DNA of 64,000 nt, taken from the NCBI RefSeq assembly GCF_009914755.1, contig NC_060928.1. One strand, 5' to 3'. The position numbers were made by a program, and so were the translations under genes. The stretch comes from the human T2T-CHM13v2.0 reference genome, Homo sapiens. This document shows, piece by piece, positions 28,037 through 53,663 of this stretch; the first letter of the stretch is position 1; every line of letters starts with the position of its first letter. The notes beneath the pieces are model-generated. The model ran no database searches, was not told the origin of the DNA, and was given only the letters and a program-made list of their open reading frames with translations.

Positions 28037-28639
28037 GTAGTGCTAGAATTATAGTCATGAACCACCATGCCCAGCCCACTTTAACCATGTTGAAGTGTAC
28101 GATTCAGTGGCATTAAGTACATTCCCAATGTTATGTAACCATCAGTGTCTCTATTTTGACAAGTGAGTGAAGCCCAAGCTCAGTGTAGAGTTCAAGGCCT
28201 TCCACAATTTGCCCTTGGTCTAACCTTCCAGTCTTCTCCAGCTATTCCTCCTCCTACTCCCTTCAACTCCAGAAAAAAAGACAGCTTGCTTTCCCTAAAA
28301 GCAGCCTGAATCTTCCTGCTTCCATCTTTTTCTTCCCATTGCTTCTGCCATGGACCTGCCAATTCAAACCCACCCTTCCCCTACTAAGATCATGTCTCTT
28401 TATTAAGATCCACCTCAAATGCCACCGGGAAGGCTTCCTGTTTTCCTCAGCTGGAGTAATCTTTACCTCTGTGTCCACACAGCATTTTTTAAAATCACTT
28501 ATGGCTATTTTCTTGGTTGGGCCAGTTATTTGTGTACCTGCCTCTCTTAAGATCTCTCTCATTCATCTGTGCCCTCTGTTAGCATCTCACAGTATCTGCA
28601 TTATAGTAGGTGCACAGACACCTAATTTGAAATATTATT

Positions 28640-35570
<6,931 letters not shown>

Positions 35571-35907
35571 CAATTTTTTGCCAGCATTTGGCATATCTAG
35601 ACAAGAGTAGAAAAAGTTTGAATCTATAGCATTAGATGTCTAAAAATAGAAAAAAAAAACCATTTAAAAATTTAAAAATTCCTCATTTGGACAGGACAAG
35701 TGCCTAATTCTATCTGCTTTAGCATACATCTTCATACATCTTTGGACTTACAATGCCTTTACTAGAATATAAAATTACTAAGCAGAATACAATAATATTT
35801 TCAAGCAGAAATGTAAAGCAAATTCTAATTAATAAACTCATCCTCACTTCAAAGTCTTATGAGTAAAGGCTCACCTTATGTTCGAACTCTAGCATTTGTC
35901 TCTTTCA

Positions 35908-36260
35908 GAGGTATGCAGACTTTCTTAAAGGACCAGGTAGGAAATATTTTAGGCTTTGCCAGCCAAGAGGTAAAGTTGAGGATATTATGTAGGGATTTGT
36001 ATAACCATTTAAAATGTTTGTGCTTTGTTTGTTTGTAGAAATGGGGTCTTACTTATTGCCTAGGCAGTAAGTTGCCCAGGCTGGTCTCAAACTGGCCTTA
36101 AGTGATCCTCCCTCTTTGGCCTCCCAAAGTGGTGGGATTACATGCATGAGCCACCATGCCTGGTCAAACCATTTAACATATGACCATGTAAAAATGTAAC
36201 AACCATTCTTAGCTCACTCATGGCTGGCCAGATTTGACCCAGGGGCTACAGTTTGCCAAT
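35908..36260 (+). mobile_element. MER58B-like hAT element interrupted by an Alu monomer
   Basis: aaatattttaggctttgc...gatttgacccaggggctacagtttgcc. Confidence 0.65.
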
Positions 36261-36428
36261 GTTTATTTGCTAAATTCCCTCCCTTTGTTGCATCATTTGA
36301 GAGAATGATATACCATTTTCTCTAAAAAGTGAGGTGTCATTTTTTTCCCATCTAATGTCAGGCTGTCATGACTCAGTTACTTGTGAATTGACAAAAATTA
36401 CACCCATATAGTTGTTGATGGAGAATGT

Positions 36429-36434
36429 TTTATT
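36429..36434 (-). terminator. Probable distal UGDH poly(A) signal
   Basis: AATAAA on the - strand ~1.36 kb past the stop; other AATAAA at 36998-37003 and 37205-37210 are candidate proximal sites. Confidence 0.55.
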
Positions 36435-37401
36435 TATGTAATTTTCATCTGTAGAGATGCTTCTGTCCTCATCTTTATATTTGTCTCCCTCTTCTCATTG
36501 AACTGCAAAATTCCTGAAGGATGAGACCTGGGATGTTTAATGCAAACCGTACATTCTCAGCAGAGCACAAGTATCAAAGGGACATTGGATATATTTTAAT
36601 AATGATCTAACACAAGCAAAAATAACCACTGAAAATATAAAACTCAACAAGAGACATAAGAAAAAAGCAGACAGAAAACAAAAAAAATTCTTATTTTAGA
36701 ATGATGCTATATGTAACTTGTAAAATATTTAAGTTTTTATACATGAGATTATATTGGTTTCCTTATTTAAAGAAAAAAATTACAATTAAGAATGGAAATT
36801 AAAATGTAAAACCAAGATAAATATTTTTGGCTTTTGGACTAAAAAAAAAAGATTAGTGAGGAAAACCAAGAAATAATGGGGAGAGAAAGAAATGCTACTA
36901 ATTTTCTCTTCATGATTAAAAAAAAAATCTTTTAACCATATTTGGGGTGACTGGAAATTAACAGTGATGATTTTGAGCTAAAAAATCAGTGACACATTTT
37001 ATTAAAACAAAAGGAACAAAGGAACTTTAACCAGACCATACATGTAAAGGCTGTTTAGCATAGCAATTTCATGGATTCAAAATATATCTTTAATGACAAA
37101 CAAACCAATAACCAGGAGAAATGAAGACTGTCCTTCCCTTTATAATGTGATATTAAAGTGTGGCCTATGGACAATTTATAAAGTAAAGAGTTTGAAGTTT
37201 AATTTTTATTTTACAAAAATTGACACTATTAAAACCAACATGATTATCTTTCACTCATCCAATAACTGAGCTAACAGTATTATAAAAATATGTAAAAAAA
37301 TTCTAGATTCATAATTACCAGATATGCTAATATCCATATAGCTAGTATAAATCTGATGATTAAAAAAATAGTTTTGTTTCCTTAAAAACACTTGGTTCAT
37401 G

Positions 37402-37696
<295 letters not shown>

Positions 37697-37793
37697 AAAA
37701 ACACTTGGTTCATTTACCATTTAATAGCAGATAGATATTTGCTATCCTGAAGTACCAAAAAAAAAAAAAAATCACAAATAAAAATGGCAATCT

Positions 37794-37922
<129 letters not shown>

Positions 37923-38303
37923 TTAAGAGAACTATTAACAATTATATAAGTGTAAGAATTTATAATGTACTGAAATGGGAGCAGGGGGAATCTAGATTTT
38001 TTTCTTAGAAAAGGATTCTCAAGTTGTCTGAGTTGCTATGAGAGATCTTTGGTTTCTTCCCTATTTTTTGTTCCTAGAATTAATCTATACTCCATCGTAA
38101 TATTCATATCTAGACTTTCTCACTCCTGCCATTCCCCACACCTGACTCCCTCAAAGTAGTCAATTATGTGCCACCACTGTCTTTAGAAACATGTATGAAA
38201 TTAACCTACCAGTTTCCAGTGAGTTCATATTTTATTTCAAACTCCATTCTCATTTCAATTTCCCTTGTACTAAAAAACCTGCAAAAGCTAACAGCATAAT
38301 TCT

Positions 38304-39221
38304 CTTTTTTTTTTTTTTTTTCTTGAGATGGAGTCTTGCTCTATCGCCTAGGCTGGAGTGCAGTGGCCTGATCTTGGCTCACTGCAACCTCCGTCTCCTA
38401 GGTTCAAGCAATTCTCCTGTCTGCCTTCTGAGTAGCTGGGATTACAGACGTGCACCACCACACCTGGCTAATTTTTGTATTTTTAGTAGAGATGAGGTTT
38501 TACATGCTGGCCAGGCTGGTCTCGAACTCCTGACCTCAAGTGATCTGCCTGCCTCGGCCTCCCAGAGTGCTGGGATTACCGGCGTGAGCCACTGTGCCCG
38601 AATGGTAACAGCATAATTCTTTTTTTTTTTTTGAGATGGAGTCTTGCCCTGTTGCCTGGGCTGCAGTGCAGTGGCACGATCTTGGCTCACTGCAACCTCT
38701 GCCTCGCAGGTTCAAGCGATTCTCCTCGCCTCAGCCTCCCAAGTAGCTAGGATTACAAGCGCCCGCCACCACACCAGGCTAATGTTTTTGTATTTTTAGT
38801 AGAGACGGGGTTTCACTATGTTGGCCAAGCTGGTCTCGAACTCCTGACTTCGTGATCCATCCGCCTTGGCCTCCCAAAGTGCTGGTATTACAGGCGTGAG
38901 CCACTGTGCCCTGCCAACAGCATAAATTTTTTTTTTTTTTTGAGATGGAGTCTCGCTCTGTTGCCCAGGCTGGAGTGCAGTGGCGTGATCTCGGCTCACT
39001 GCAAGCTCTGCCTCCCGGTTCACACCATTCTCCTGCCTCAGCCTCCCGAGCAGCTGGGACCACAGGTGCCTGCCACCACGCCCGGCAATTTTTTTGTATT
39101 TTTAGTAGAGATGGGGTTTCACCGTGTTAGCCAGGATGGTCTCGATCTCCTGACCTCATGATCCGCCCGCCTCGGCCTCCCAAAGTGCTGGGATTACAGG
39201 CGTGAGCCACCGCACCCGGCC
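38304..39221 (-). mobile_element. Three head-to-tail Alus in the last UGDH intron
   Basis: Separated and flanked by four copies of (taa)cagcataatt(ct). Confidence 0.92.
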
Positions 39222-40389
39222 AGCATAATTCTTAAGAATTCAGACTTCAGAGTCTGAAAGGCCCCAGCTGGAATCCTGACTGGCACTTGCTGCATTACCT
39301 AAACTCTCTAGGTCTTTCTTCCTCACTTGTAAATTGTGTTACCACCACTTAACTCAAAGGGTCGTGGTAAGTATTAAATTAGGTAAAGTGCTTAGCATAC
39401 AGCAAGCCAGCCTTCACTAAATGATAATCAATTTTGGTTTTGCCTATTACATTTTTCATTTATTCCATATATTCAAAATCATCATCTTATCATTAAAAAC
39501 ACTACTACTTCAACAGTCATGAATTTATCTCCCCTCCACAGCAGAGATAAACATACTACTCACTTTTCATGTCTTTTGAATTAAAAACTAATATTTAATT
39601 CTGACTCGTACCACAAAGAAAGGGCTTCTGCTTTATATTAACCAGTTGTCTCAGTGACTTACAAATTCTCCTTATTTAGTGATTCCATTCCTGTTTTTTT
39701 TTAATTTCTCACTAGGAAAGTTAACTTTTACAATAACTTAAAATCATTTAAAATATGTATTTCTCTACATATCTTTTCCCTTAGATGAGTAAAACAGGAA
39801 TGAGAGAAAATGTGTCTATGCCTTGCAAATAACCTTTTAAAAATAACATTCCTGAGTTTAGTCATGACTGGGAAAAACAGTCATGTTGTTACTCACTAGG
39901 GAGGGGTGGAATAGAAGAGTCCCCAAGGTCTTGGATGGAAGAGTTCACAGACAAGGATGCCATTTGATTCTTTCCACAAGTAAATCTCTCATGAATGAGA
40001 AATGGGCACTGAATTCTAAATAAGGACCTTCAACAAGTTGGTGAGAGGTTAAGAGAACCAGATCAGATATTTTTGAATAGCAGATTAGGCCTTACTGATA
40101 CCTCTCCAAGATAGCTGGTGCTGAGATGTGCATAGCAAGCTGTCAAACACTGCTGCTTTTCTGCTTGCTTGGGCACTACATTGACAACAACCCCCTGGCA
40201 TATTTTTTTATTCTCCCTAACTTACTCCACCTCCCCATCCTCCTATCCCCATATACATACTGCTCTGAGGAAATGGAAAATAGCTCCTTATTAATACTTT
40301 TGGGACTCCTTGGAGAACTGAAATAGATGTAACATACAAAAACACTGTTCTGGGTGGAGGCTTCTGTCAGCTTTCCAAATGTTCCATAA

Positions 40390-40838
<449 letters not shown>

Positions 40839-41472
40839 TAGGCGTGAGCCACCGCGCCCAGCAATTTTTGTATTTGTTAATAGACACGGGGTTTCACCAT
40901 GTTGGCTAGGCTGGTCTCGAACTCCTGGCCTTAAGTGGTCTACCTCCACAGCCTCCCAAAGTGCTGGGATTACAGGTGTGAACCACTATGCCTGGCCAGT
41001 TGACAAACTTTGAATCAGAAGAGGGCCAGTACCATTGAAACTCCCATATGTTTCATTCAGACCCCTCACAGCACTGGCACAGTGCTGAGTACTCAGAAGG
41101 TATAGGATGAACACCTGCTGATTGACCAAGACCTCTTTCTTTCTCTACCTTTAGATCGCAAATTTAGGGAGGAAGTAGAGAAGTAGAGTAGTCAGAAAAA
41201 TCCCATAGGGACTTCCTAAAGAACTGACATGTTGCCCCAGAGTTACGTTACTGCTAAAGAAAATAAGAAAATTCTAAAACCCACACAATGGGTTTAAAAA
41301 GCAAATGAGCACTTTCCTAATTGTTGAAATAAACTTCTGATATTGATTTGGTTCCCCAAAAGAACTTCCCTAGAAAGAAGGTATCATCTTAATTAGCCAA
41401 ACATATTCTGACCTGCTGTGATGGTCTTTTGATGTCAACTTGACTAGATTATAGTCCCCAGTTGTTGAATCA

Positions 41473-41691
<219 letters not shown>

Positions 41692-42059
41692 TCATGCCTG
41701 TAATCCCAGCACTTTGGGAGGCCAAGATGGGTGGATCACGAGGTCAGGAGATCGAGACCATCCTGGCCAACATGGTGAAACCCCGTCTCTACTAAAAATA
41801 CAAAAAATTAGTTGGGCGTGGTGGCAGGAGCTTGTAGTCCCAGCTACTCAGGAAGCTGAGGCAGGAGAATGGCGTGAACCCAGGAGGCAGAGCTTGCAGT
41901 GAGCCGAGATTGCGCCACTGCACTCCAGCCAGGGCGACAGAGCGAGACTCCATCTCAAAAAAAAAAACAAAAAAACAAAAAAACACATACATGAACACAT
42001 ACTCAACCCCAGCTGATAGTGGAACACCTCTAGAATTTTCCTTAGTATCTTTTCTGTTA

Positions 42060-42200
<141 letters not shown>

Positions 42201-42213
42201 TTATATGACATTA

Positions 42214-42544
42214 CAGTAGTTCCCCCCTTATCTGCAGGGATACATTCCAAGACCCCCAGTAGATGTCTGAAACTGTGGAGAGTACTGAACCCTATATATA
42301 CTTACACACATACCTGTTTTTTGAATCTGATTGCCAAAAGTTACTAAGTGACTAAGTAGCATATGGAATGTGGATATGCTGGACAAAGGAATGATAAATG
42401 TCCCAGGCAGGATGAAGCAGCACACAATTTAAAACTTATGAATTGTTTATTTCTGGAATTTTCCTTCTAGTACTTTCAGACTGCAAGTGACCGCAGATAA
42501 CTGAACCCGTGGAAAGCAAAACCACACATAAGGGGATAGTACTA
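42214..42544 (+). mobile_element. MER44A-like (Tigger7 family) non-autonomous DNA transposon
   Basis: TA|cagtagttcccccttatc...ataaggggatagtacta|TA inverted ends with TA flanks. Confidence 0.75.
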
Positions 42545-42718
42545 TAGGTATTCTAACACTAGGACTGCAGGAAGAGTTGGGAATAATCTGATTGCAGTAT
42601 CAATGGGAGTGATGGTGGGAGGCCCCAAACCCTGCTTTGGAAGCATCTCTTTGGAATTTTGGGGATTTGTGGAGTATGTTGGAAAAATCAATGGACCAAT
42701 CCACAGCTGATCACTTCA

Positions 42719-43036
<318 letters not shown>

Positions 43037-43235
43037 TCAGTATTGGTAAGCTTTATGTGGCATTATATTCTAATACCAGGGAGTTTAAGATACAGGTAAA
43101 ATTATATTTCTGAAGCTGGTAGAGTGGTGAAGATATGGATATTTATTTTTATTCTTTATATTTTATATATATACATGTATTTTATGTACACCTACCCCAA
43201 TCAAAAAATTAAGATGAGGAGTTAACACAATCTCA

Positions 43236-43403
<168 letters not shown>

Positions 43404-43678
43404 TTACATGTACAATTGTGCAATGATTAGTTAAAAGAGGCACAGCCTATGACACACATTACTCAGAATTTTATGGTGAGTGCTATTGTACAAATACAAT
43501 GCTTACATATTAACAAGAGGCAAAAATTAACCAAACTCTAGTGCCTATGGATTAAAAAAAAAAAAAAATCACTCATCCCCTTCCTTAAAGCCATCCTAGG
43601 CCAGCAGTGGTAGCTCATACCTGTAATCCCAGCACTTTGGGAGGCCGAGGTGGGCGATTGCTTGAGCTCAGGAGTTCA

Positions 43679-43993
<315 letters not shown>

Positions 43994-46164
43994 TTAATTC
44001 TAAGCGCATTTGAGGTTCAGCTATGAGACCAACCTAAATAAGGCACATAGGAAACCATACTATCCTTAGTCCGTGTCTCCAAATTCTGTGGAAACAAGCT
44101 ACAAGCAATGAAACCCCAAAGTATTCCTTCATTTGCTTGTGCCCCACTATTCACAAAAATTCAGTTTCAGTGGAAAGTGGACAGGCAACAAACAATGTGC
44201 AGAGTTCTAGCTGCCTCTGGATGAACCATAACACCACAACTATTTGACAAGGTTTTTTAACTAACTAAATGTTATAAGAGTCTCTGATCACTTAATCTGT
44301 TAAATTTAGGTTGGTAACCAGGTGGGCAAAGCAAAAGAAACTTTTTTAAGGCTTTAAGCTTTCAGGGACCATCTCAATCAAACCCTGAGAGCTTAAGCAA
44401 TTAGCCCAAAGTGTTGGAAAATCAAGAGTTTATCTGCATTTTTCACACAATGAACAGTGAGATAAAGCCATCATGATGGATTGACTGGAATGACACTAAT
44501 TGTATCTGTTTTCACTTTAAAATGTGCATTTCCGGCTAGGCAGGGTGGTGCACCTGTAGTCCCAGCTACTCAGGAGGCTCAGGTGGAAGGATCACTTGAG
44601 CCCAAGAGTTGGAATCTAGGCTGGACAACACAGTGAGACCCTGTCTCTAAAAAGTAAAACATTTTAAAAAAAGAAACGTGCATTTCTTTAGATTCCCTCC
44701 CATATCTACTGCTGAAACCTGAAAAATTATAAACTCGGGGAAAATATTTGGGAAAGGCACATATACCGACTAGTAATTGGGGCAAATTACTTAATATCTC
44801 CATGTCAGTTCCCTCATCAAATAAAGAGGATAATGTTAGTGATGAGGATTAAATGAGATACTGTATGCAAAGTGCCCAAAAGAGTACCCAGTACAGGGTA
44901 AGCATTCAATAAACATCAACTCTACTTCCCAGAGCTCACTTAATGCTTCCAATTTGGAAGGGGTTTCTAATTTTAGCTCTGTGAGTCTGAAAGGTCCAAA
45001 ACAAATATCAGCAGATACAAAACCACTTGAAAGCATGACAATATAGGTTCTGTTTTTTGGAGACGAAGTCTCGCTCTGTCATCTAGGCTGGAGTGCAGTG
45101 ACACAATCCTGGCTCACTACAACCTCCGCCTCCTGGGTTCAAGCAATTCTCATGCCTCAGCCTCGCCAGGCCAGTCTCGAACTCCCAACCCTCAAGTGAT
45201 CTGTCCACCTCAGGCTCCCGAAGTGCAGGGATTACAGGTGTGAACCACCATGCCCGACCAACGTTATAATATAGGTTCTTATTTTATTTTGATTTTATGC
45301 CTTTCAAGATAGAGAAGAATTAGGCTAGGTTCACTGGCTAACACTTATATTCCCAGCACTTTGGGAGGCAAAGATGGGAGGACTGCTGAGCCCAGGAGTT
45401 TCAGACCAGCCTGGGCAATATAGTGAGACCTTGTCTCTACAAAAAAAATTTTTTAAATAAAAAAATTAGGCAATGTGGTGGTGCGTTCCTGAAGTTGAGG
45501 TTGAAGTGGGAGGATTGCTTGAGCACAGGAGGTCACTGCAGTGAGCAGCGATGGCACCACTGCATTCTAGCCTGGGTGACAAAGTGAGATCTTGTCTCAA
45601 AAAAAAAAAAAAAAAAAAGAGAGAAGAGTTATAATTAAGGATAATTGTTTTTGTTTTACTCTGGGAGCAAATTAGAATACTGGCTTATCACAAACTTCCA
45701 TCAACATTGATTAGCAGGAAAGATAAATTAAAAACACAGATACCCAATAAATAAACATAAAATAAGCAAATTGAATATACTAATTTTTGACTTCCTGGAA
45801 TAAATAAATTCCATCAAAAACATTTCATGGACAAAAAGTGACATGCTTAATGAGAAGCTAAACAGAAACTGCTATTATTATTGCTGTTACTATTATTATG
45901 TCAGAGACAGGGTCTCACTCTGTTGTCCAGGCTACAGTGCAGTGGAGCGATCATAAGTCAGTCACTGGAGCCTCCAACTCCTAGGCTCAAGTGATCCTCC
46001 CACCTCAGCCTCCCAAGTAGCTAGGACTACAGGTGTGCAACACCATGCCTGGCTAATTTTTAAAATTTTTGTAGAGATGGGGTCTCACTATGTTGCCCAG
46101 GCCAGTCCCAAATTCCTGGCCTCAAGTGATGCTCTTGCCTTGGCTTCCTAAAGTGCTTCGATTA

Positions 46165-46365
<201 letters not shown>

Positions 46366-46621
46366 TCAATCATGTGACAAATTTCTTTATACTAAATCAG
46401 AAAGCTTATACTAAGATTTTTTAATAATAAAATTCAGATGGATAAATAATGGGCTTATAAATTATGTAAAATTTGCAGGCAACTAAACAACTCCACAAGT
46501 AACTTCCAAATAATTTTCTAACTAAAATTTCATTATGGCTACGTTTAACTTTTTATATTGTTTCCTTTTATCTCCTTTTTTTTCTCATTCATCTAGTATG
46601 ACTGCCCCACATTCTTTAGCA

Positions 46622-47160
46622 CAGGGTCAGCAAACTTTTTCTCTTTTTGAGACAGAGTCTCCCTCTGTCGCCCAGGCTGAAGTGTAGGGGTATGAACATG
46701 GCTCACTGCAGCCTTGACCTCCTGGGCTCAGGTGATCCTCCTACCTTAGCCTCCCAGGTAGCTGGAGCTACAGGTGTGCACCATCATGCCTGACTAATTT
46801 TTTGTCTTTTTTTTTTGCAGAGCTGGGGCTTCACCATGCTGCCCAGGCTGGTCTCAAACTCCTGGGCTCAAGCAATTTGCCCGCCTTGGCCTCAGACTCC
46901 CAAAGTGCTGGGATTATAGGCATGAGCTACTGTGCCTGGCCTGGGTCAGCAAACTTTCATGGTAAAGGGCCAGACAGTAAGTATTTCAGCCTTTGTGGAC
47001 CATTCAGTTTCTGAGGAGACTATTAAACTGCCACTGTAGCTCAAAAGCAGCCATAGACAATATGTAGTCTAATGGTCATGGCTGTGTTCCAATAAAATTT
47101 ATTTACAAAAACAAGTTGTGGGCTGGATTTGACCCAAAGGCCATAGTTTGCCCACCCTTG
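46622..47160 (+). mobile_element. MER58A-like hAT element with an antisense Alu inserted in its left terminal repeat
   Basis: cagggtcagcaaacttt...catagtttgcccacccttg; Alu TSD gggtcagcaaacttt at 46624-46638 and 46943-46957. Confidence 0.75.
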
Positions 47161-47383
47161 CTCTAGTGCAATGCAGTATGCAGTAAGGAATAATATGGCT
47201 TTGGCGTTAGAAACATCTAGTCACTCAGCTGCATGACTTTGAGCAAGTTGCACAAATTTCCCTGAGTCTGAATCATCTCTAAAAAAGAAAATAACAGCAT
47301 CTACCTAACAGGTTATAAGGATTCAATGAGATATATAAAGCGCTGGTACCAGCAAATAATATGCCTTCAGTAAATAAACACTA

Positions 47384-47599
<216 letters not shown>

Positions 47600-47999
47600 C
47601 TAAAACAGCAATTTTATACATCTAGTTTATATTTCATTGCGTTGACGCAAATTACTGAGGGAGATATATAAGATACTGATGAGCTCAATTTGAGGAGACA
47701 ATGGATGGGTTAGAAAGGGAAAATGTTTTAAATTAGAGAGGACAGATGATTAAGAAAAAGGGTAAAGAGGGAAAGAGTGATAAAAACCAAATTACTATTT
47801 TAAGATTTCAGAATTTTTCAGAATCTTTTATACCCTCATATATGATCTCCCTTGTGAAAATTATTTCATAATTTGAATGTGCAAGAATATGATCTTCAAA
47901 AGCATAACCTCTTACTACTATTAAAAAAGTATCTGTGTAGTTTATCAGGCTTGAAATAAATAAATATTTGGCTTTAATTTAATGAAGAGTTGAATGCTA

Positions 48000-48206
<207 letters not shown>

Positions 48207-48313
48207 CTAGAATCCCAATGCAAAGGAAAGTTTTAAGCTAGAATTAATTATGGGCAACTTTAACACATCAGTATTTACATAAGAATAACCAGATTCTAAT
48301 GCTTCATTTTTTA

Positions 48314-48604
<291 letters not shown>

Positions 48605-48917
48605 TTAACAATCATCAGTAGCCCTGATTTAATCCTCTGTTAGTTCCATAGAAATAATACATTTTATAAATATAATAATCAGAAGAAATAGCTTGAAGCA
48701 TCTAGAGAACTCATTCAATAAATTTTTGTTAGGAAGCTACTATCTATATGCCGGATAACTAGGGCAGGCAGATTCCAGCTAAGCCCTGAAGATACATAAA
48801 TGAATGAGACGGTTATCCTAAAGGACTTCACAATCTGAAATGAAATGTAAGCCTTTTCTTATTCCCTTTCTTTATTGTACATAATATATTATTATAGTCC
48901 TTAAAAATAAGTTTTAA

Positions 48918-49097
<180 letters not shown>

Positions 49098-50645
49098 TAG
49101 TAGAGACAGGGTTTCATCATGTTGTCCAGGCTGGTCTCGAACTCCTGACCTCAGGTGATCTGTCCACCTCAGCATCCCAAAGTGCTGGGATTACAGGCGT
49201 GAGCCACCGCACCTGGCCTCCTTTCTTATTCCCCTATTTTTACAGTCCTATATCAACAGTCTTTTAAAATATTGCAATATCATTTACAAATGCTTTCTGA
49301 GTTCATTAAAGCTAGACATTACCTATCATCTTCAGGATATAGAATACTATGTGGACAAAGACTTGCTTTTTTTTTTTTTTTTTAAGATGGAGCCTTGCTC
49401 TGTCACCCAGGCTGGAGTGCAGTGGCGCGATCTCGGATCACTGCAATCTCTGCTTCCTGGGTTCAAGCGATTCTCCTGCCTCAGCCTCCTGAGTAGCTGG
49501 GATTACAAGTGCGCCACCACACCCGCCTAATTTTTGTATTTTTAGACGGGGTTTCACCATGTTGGCCAGGGTGGTCTCAAACTCCTGACCTCAAGTGATC
49601 TGCCTGCCTCAGCCTCCCAAAGTACTAGGATTACAGGCATGAGCCACTGCACCTGGCCAATGGGCGAAGACTTTCATTTAGAAAAAAAAAAAAAAAAATC
49701 ATGGGCCCAGAGTCTAGGCATTTAGTTTTGGATTACATGTAACCTTGGAGAAGTGTGGCTGCCTCTGCCTCAGTGACCTCATTGGAAAATGAGGATAGTG
49801 AGCTCTCTAAAAACTAACACATGAATGTTATAATGCTCTGACAAAAATGAAAGTGCTCTGAAAAGTCTAAAACTTAAAGGGAATAGGAATTATTTTTGAA
49901 CTAATAGTAAGTAGTACTAACTCTCTTCTCTTGATGAGATTATAACCCAATGGGAGACTAAATAAAGGAATCAAGTGAAAATAAATCAAAACTTGAAGAT
50001 TGAGTTGAGGTGTGAAAAGCAGGAGGAAAAAGTTGTTTACATGCATGGAACAACTTAGGGCAAGAGTTACATGTAATGGTGTACGGAAAGGCAAAGACAG
50101 CTCATGATGTAGGGTGAAACTGGCTAGAGATGGGAGATGATCAGACAGCTTCCCCTGGTAAAGGAGCTTTGAAAACAACAGTTGAAAACTGATTGCTACA
50201 AAATAATTCCTGTCTGGCATTCAAAAACAGATTATTTTTAAATGTCCTTTCTGCAGAAAATTATTCTATTACCATTCTAGGCTCTGGTCACCTAAAAATT
50301 AGACTAAGTAACTCATTGATTTTTTCCAGGTACCTAGCTACTCCAAAATATTTTCTTATTTTTTTATGCCTCCACTCTAACTTTCTGCAAGTTTAAATAG
50401 GGGATGGGTAGGTAAGTCATAAAAGCTGCATCAATTTCTCTGAAGTGATTAAGGAGGTCAAAAAGAAGAGACTGAATTTTTTTTTTTTTTTTTTTTTGAG
50501 ACAGGGTCTCCTTCTGTCACCTAGGCTGGAGTGCAAGGTACAATAATGGCTCATTGCAGCCTCAACCTCCAGGGTTCAATCAATCCTCCCACCTCAGTCT
50601 CCCAAGTAGTCAGGACTACAGACATACAGCACCACGGCCAGCTAA

Positions 50646-50990
<345 letters not shown>

Positions 50991-51139
50991 TAGCCTGATA
51001 ATCTAACCAACATATGCCAAGTTACAAACAATTAATGTAAAATTCATTTAGAGAGGAGATGCCTGTAAGTTTGCAAACTGATTTTCTTCATCTCACCTCT
51101 GCCAACCACTGGAAACAAGAAATAATGAAATAAATATGA

Positions 51140-51471
<332 letters not shown>

Positions 51472-51690
51472 TGAGCCACCGCACCCGCCCATTTCCTAGT
51501 TCTAAATCTCAAATTAGAACTTTGAGTTTACTTGTTCAATGACTTGTAATGACATATTTGACTAGATGATTACGGGGTTTTGTGAACTGTCAGACAAAGT
51601 GACAACCAAAATTCACCGGACAACTCTATACTAAGCAATGTTGAGGCTTAATACCAATGGATTTACTATTAAAGTATGATGAAACTTTTA

Positions 51691-51840
<150 letters not shown>

Positions 51841-52037
51841 CTAAAAAGAAAAAAGAAAAGGAATTGTACATATAGCTTGCCAGTGATATGAGATAACCTA
51901 ATAGTATAGAATTACATTTGTTAAAGGGCATGGTAATATTGTAATTTAAAGGTCTAGGTTGTGCTCAAATTACCTTTGTAGACAAGTTAAGGATCATATA
52001 CCAAAGGCCATAAGTGCACATCTCATTTTTTAAATAG

Positions 52038-52545
<508 letters not shown>

Positions 52546-53069
52546 TAGGATGGTCTTGAACTCCTGACCTCAGGTAATCCACCTGCCTTGGCCTCCCAAA
52601 GTTCTGGGATTACACGCACAAGCCACCACACCTGGCCTATTTTATTTTTTCATACAGGGTTTCGCTCTGTTCCCCAGGCTGGAGTGCAGTTGCATAACAG
52701 CTCACTACAACCTTGACCTCCCAGGCTCAGGCAATCCTCCCTGCTCCTCCTCCTAAAGTGCTGGGATTATAGGAGTAAGTTACCACGCCCTGCCTCATAA
52801 GTACACTTAAGTAAATAAAGTAAAATGGAAATTGCCATTAAACTTGCTACAATCAGAAGAGCAGCTCATTTAATGCTTTGTCATTGTTTACCATGTGACT
52901 AACTCATAAGAGTTAACCATTAACTATGAGTATCAACACAATTTTCAGAAAATTCAAGGTCTTCTGTGATTTCAAGCAAATATATGATTTTGCATTGTCA
53001 TTATGAATGCACATTTTTACTCCCAATAATTCAGGCCATAGAACTGGCTGTGAAAGTCAATTTACTCCA

Positions 53070-53125
53070 TATATGCTTAAATAAATATAAATTTTTCTAT
53101 ATGCTTAAATAAATATAAATTTTTC
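53070..53125. repeat. Perfect 28-bp tandem duplication
   Basis: tatatgcttaaataaatataaatttttc x2. Confidence 0.95.
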
Positions 53126-53378
53126 TAAGTCCTATTGCAAGGAACCCTTTTATTTAAAAAAAAAAATCCCAGTTTAACAGGAGATATATTTATGTTAAGA
53201 ATATGGAGGGGTATAAAACCACTTAACAAATATTCTTATAAAAAAAAAATCAAGCCTAAATCTGATTGGACCTGTACCTTTAGATCTAACTACCAATTTA
53301 CATTAAATAAAGAATAAGTTGAAAAACTCCAAGGAACTGAACCAGCAAAATCTAGACTGAAAAATTTCTTTTTTTTGA

Positions 53379-53663
<285 letters not shown>

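Noticed and set aside
46622-46957. Apparent duplicated transposon terminal repeat
   Set aside because: Explained as the TSD of an Alu inserted into the MER58A-like end.
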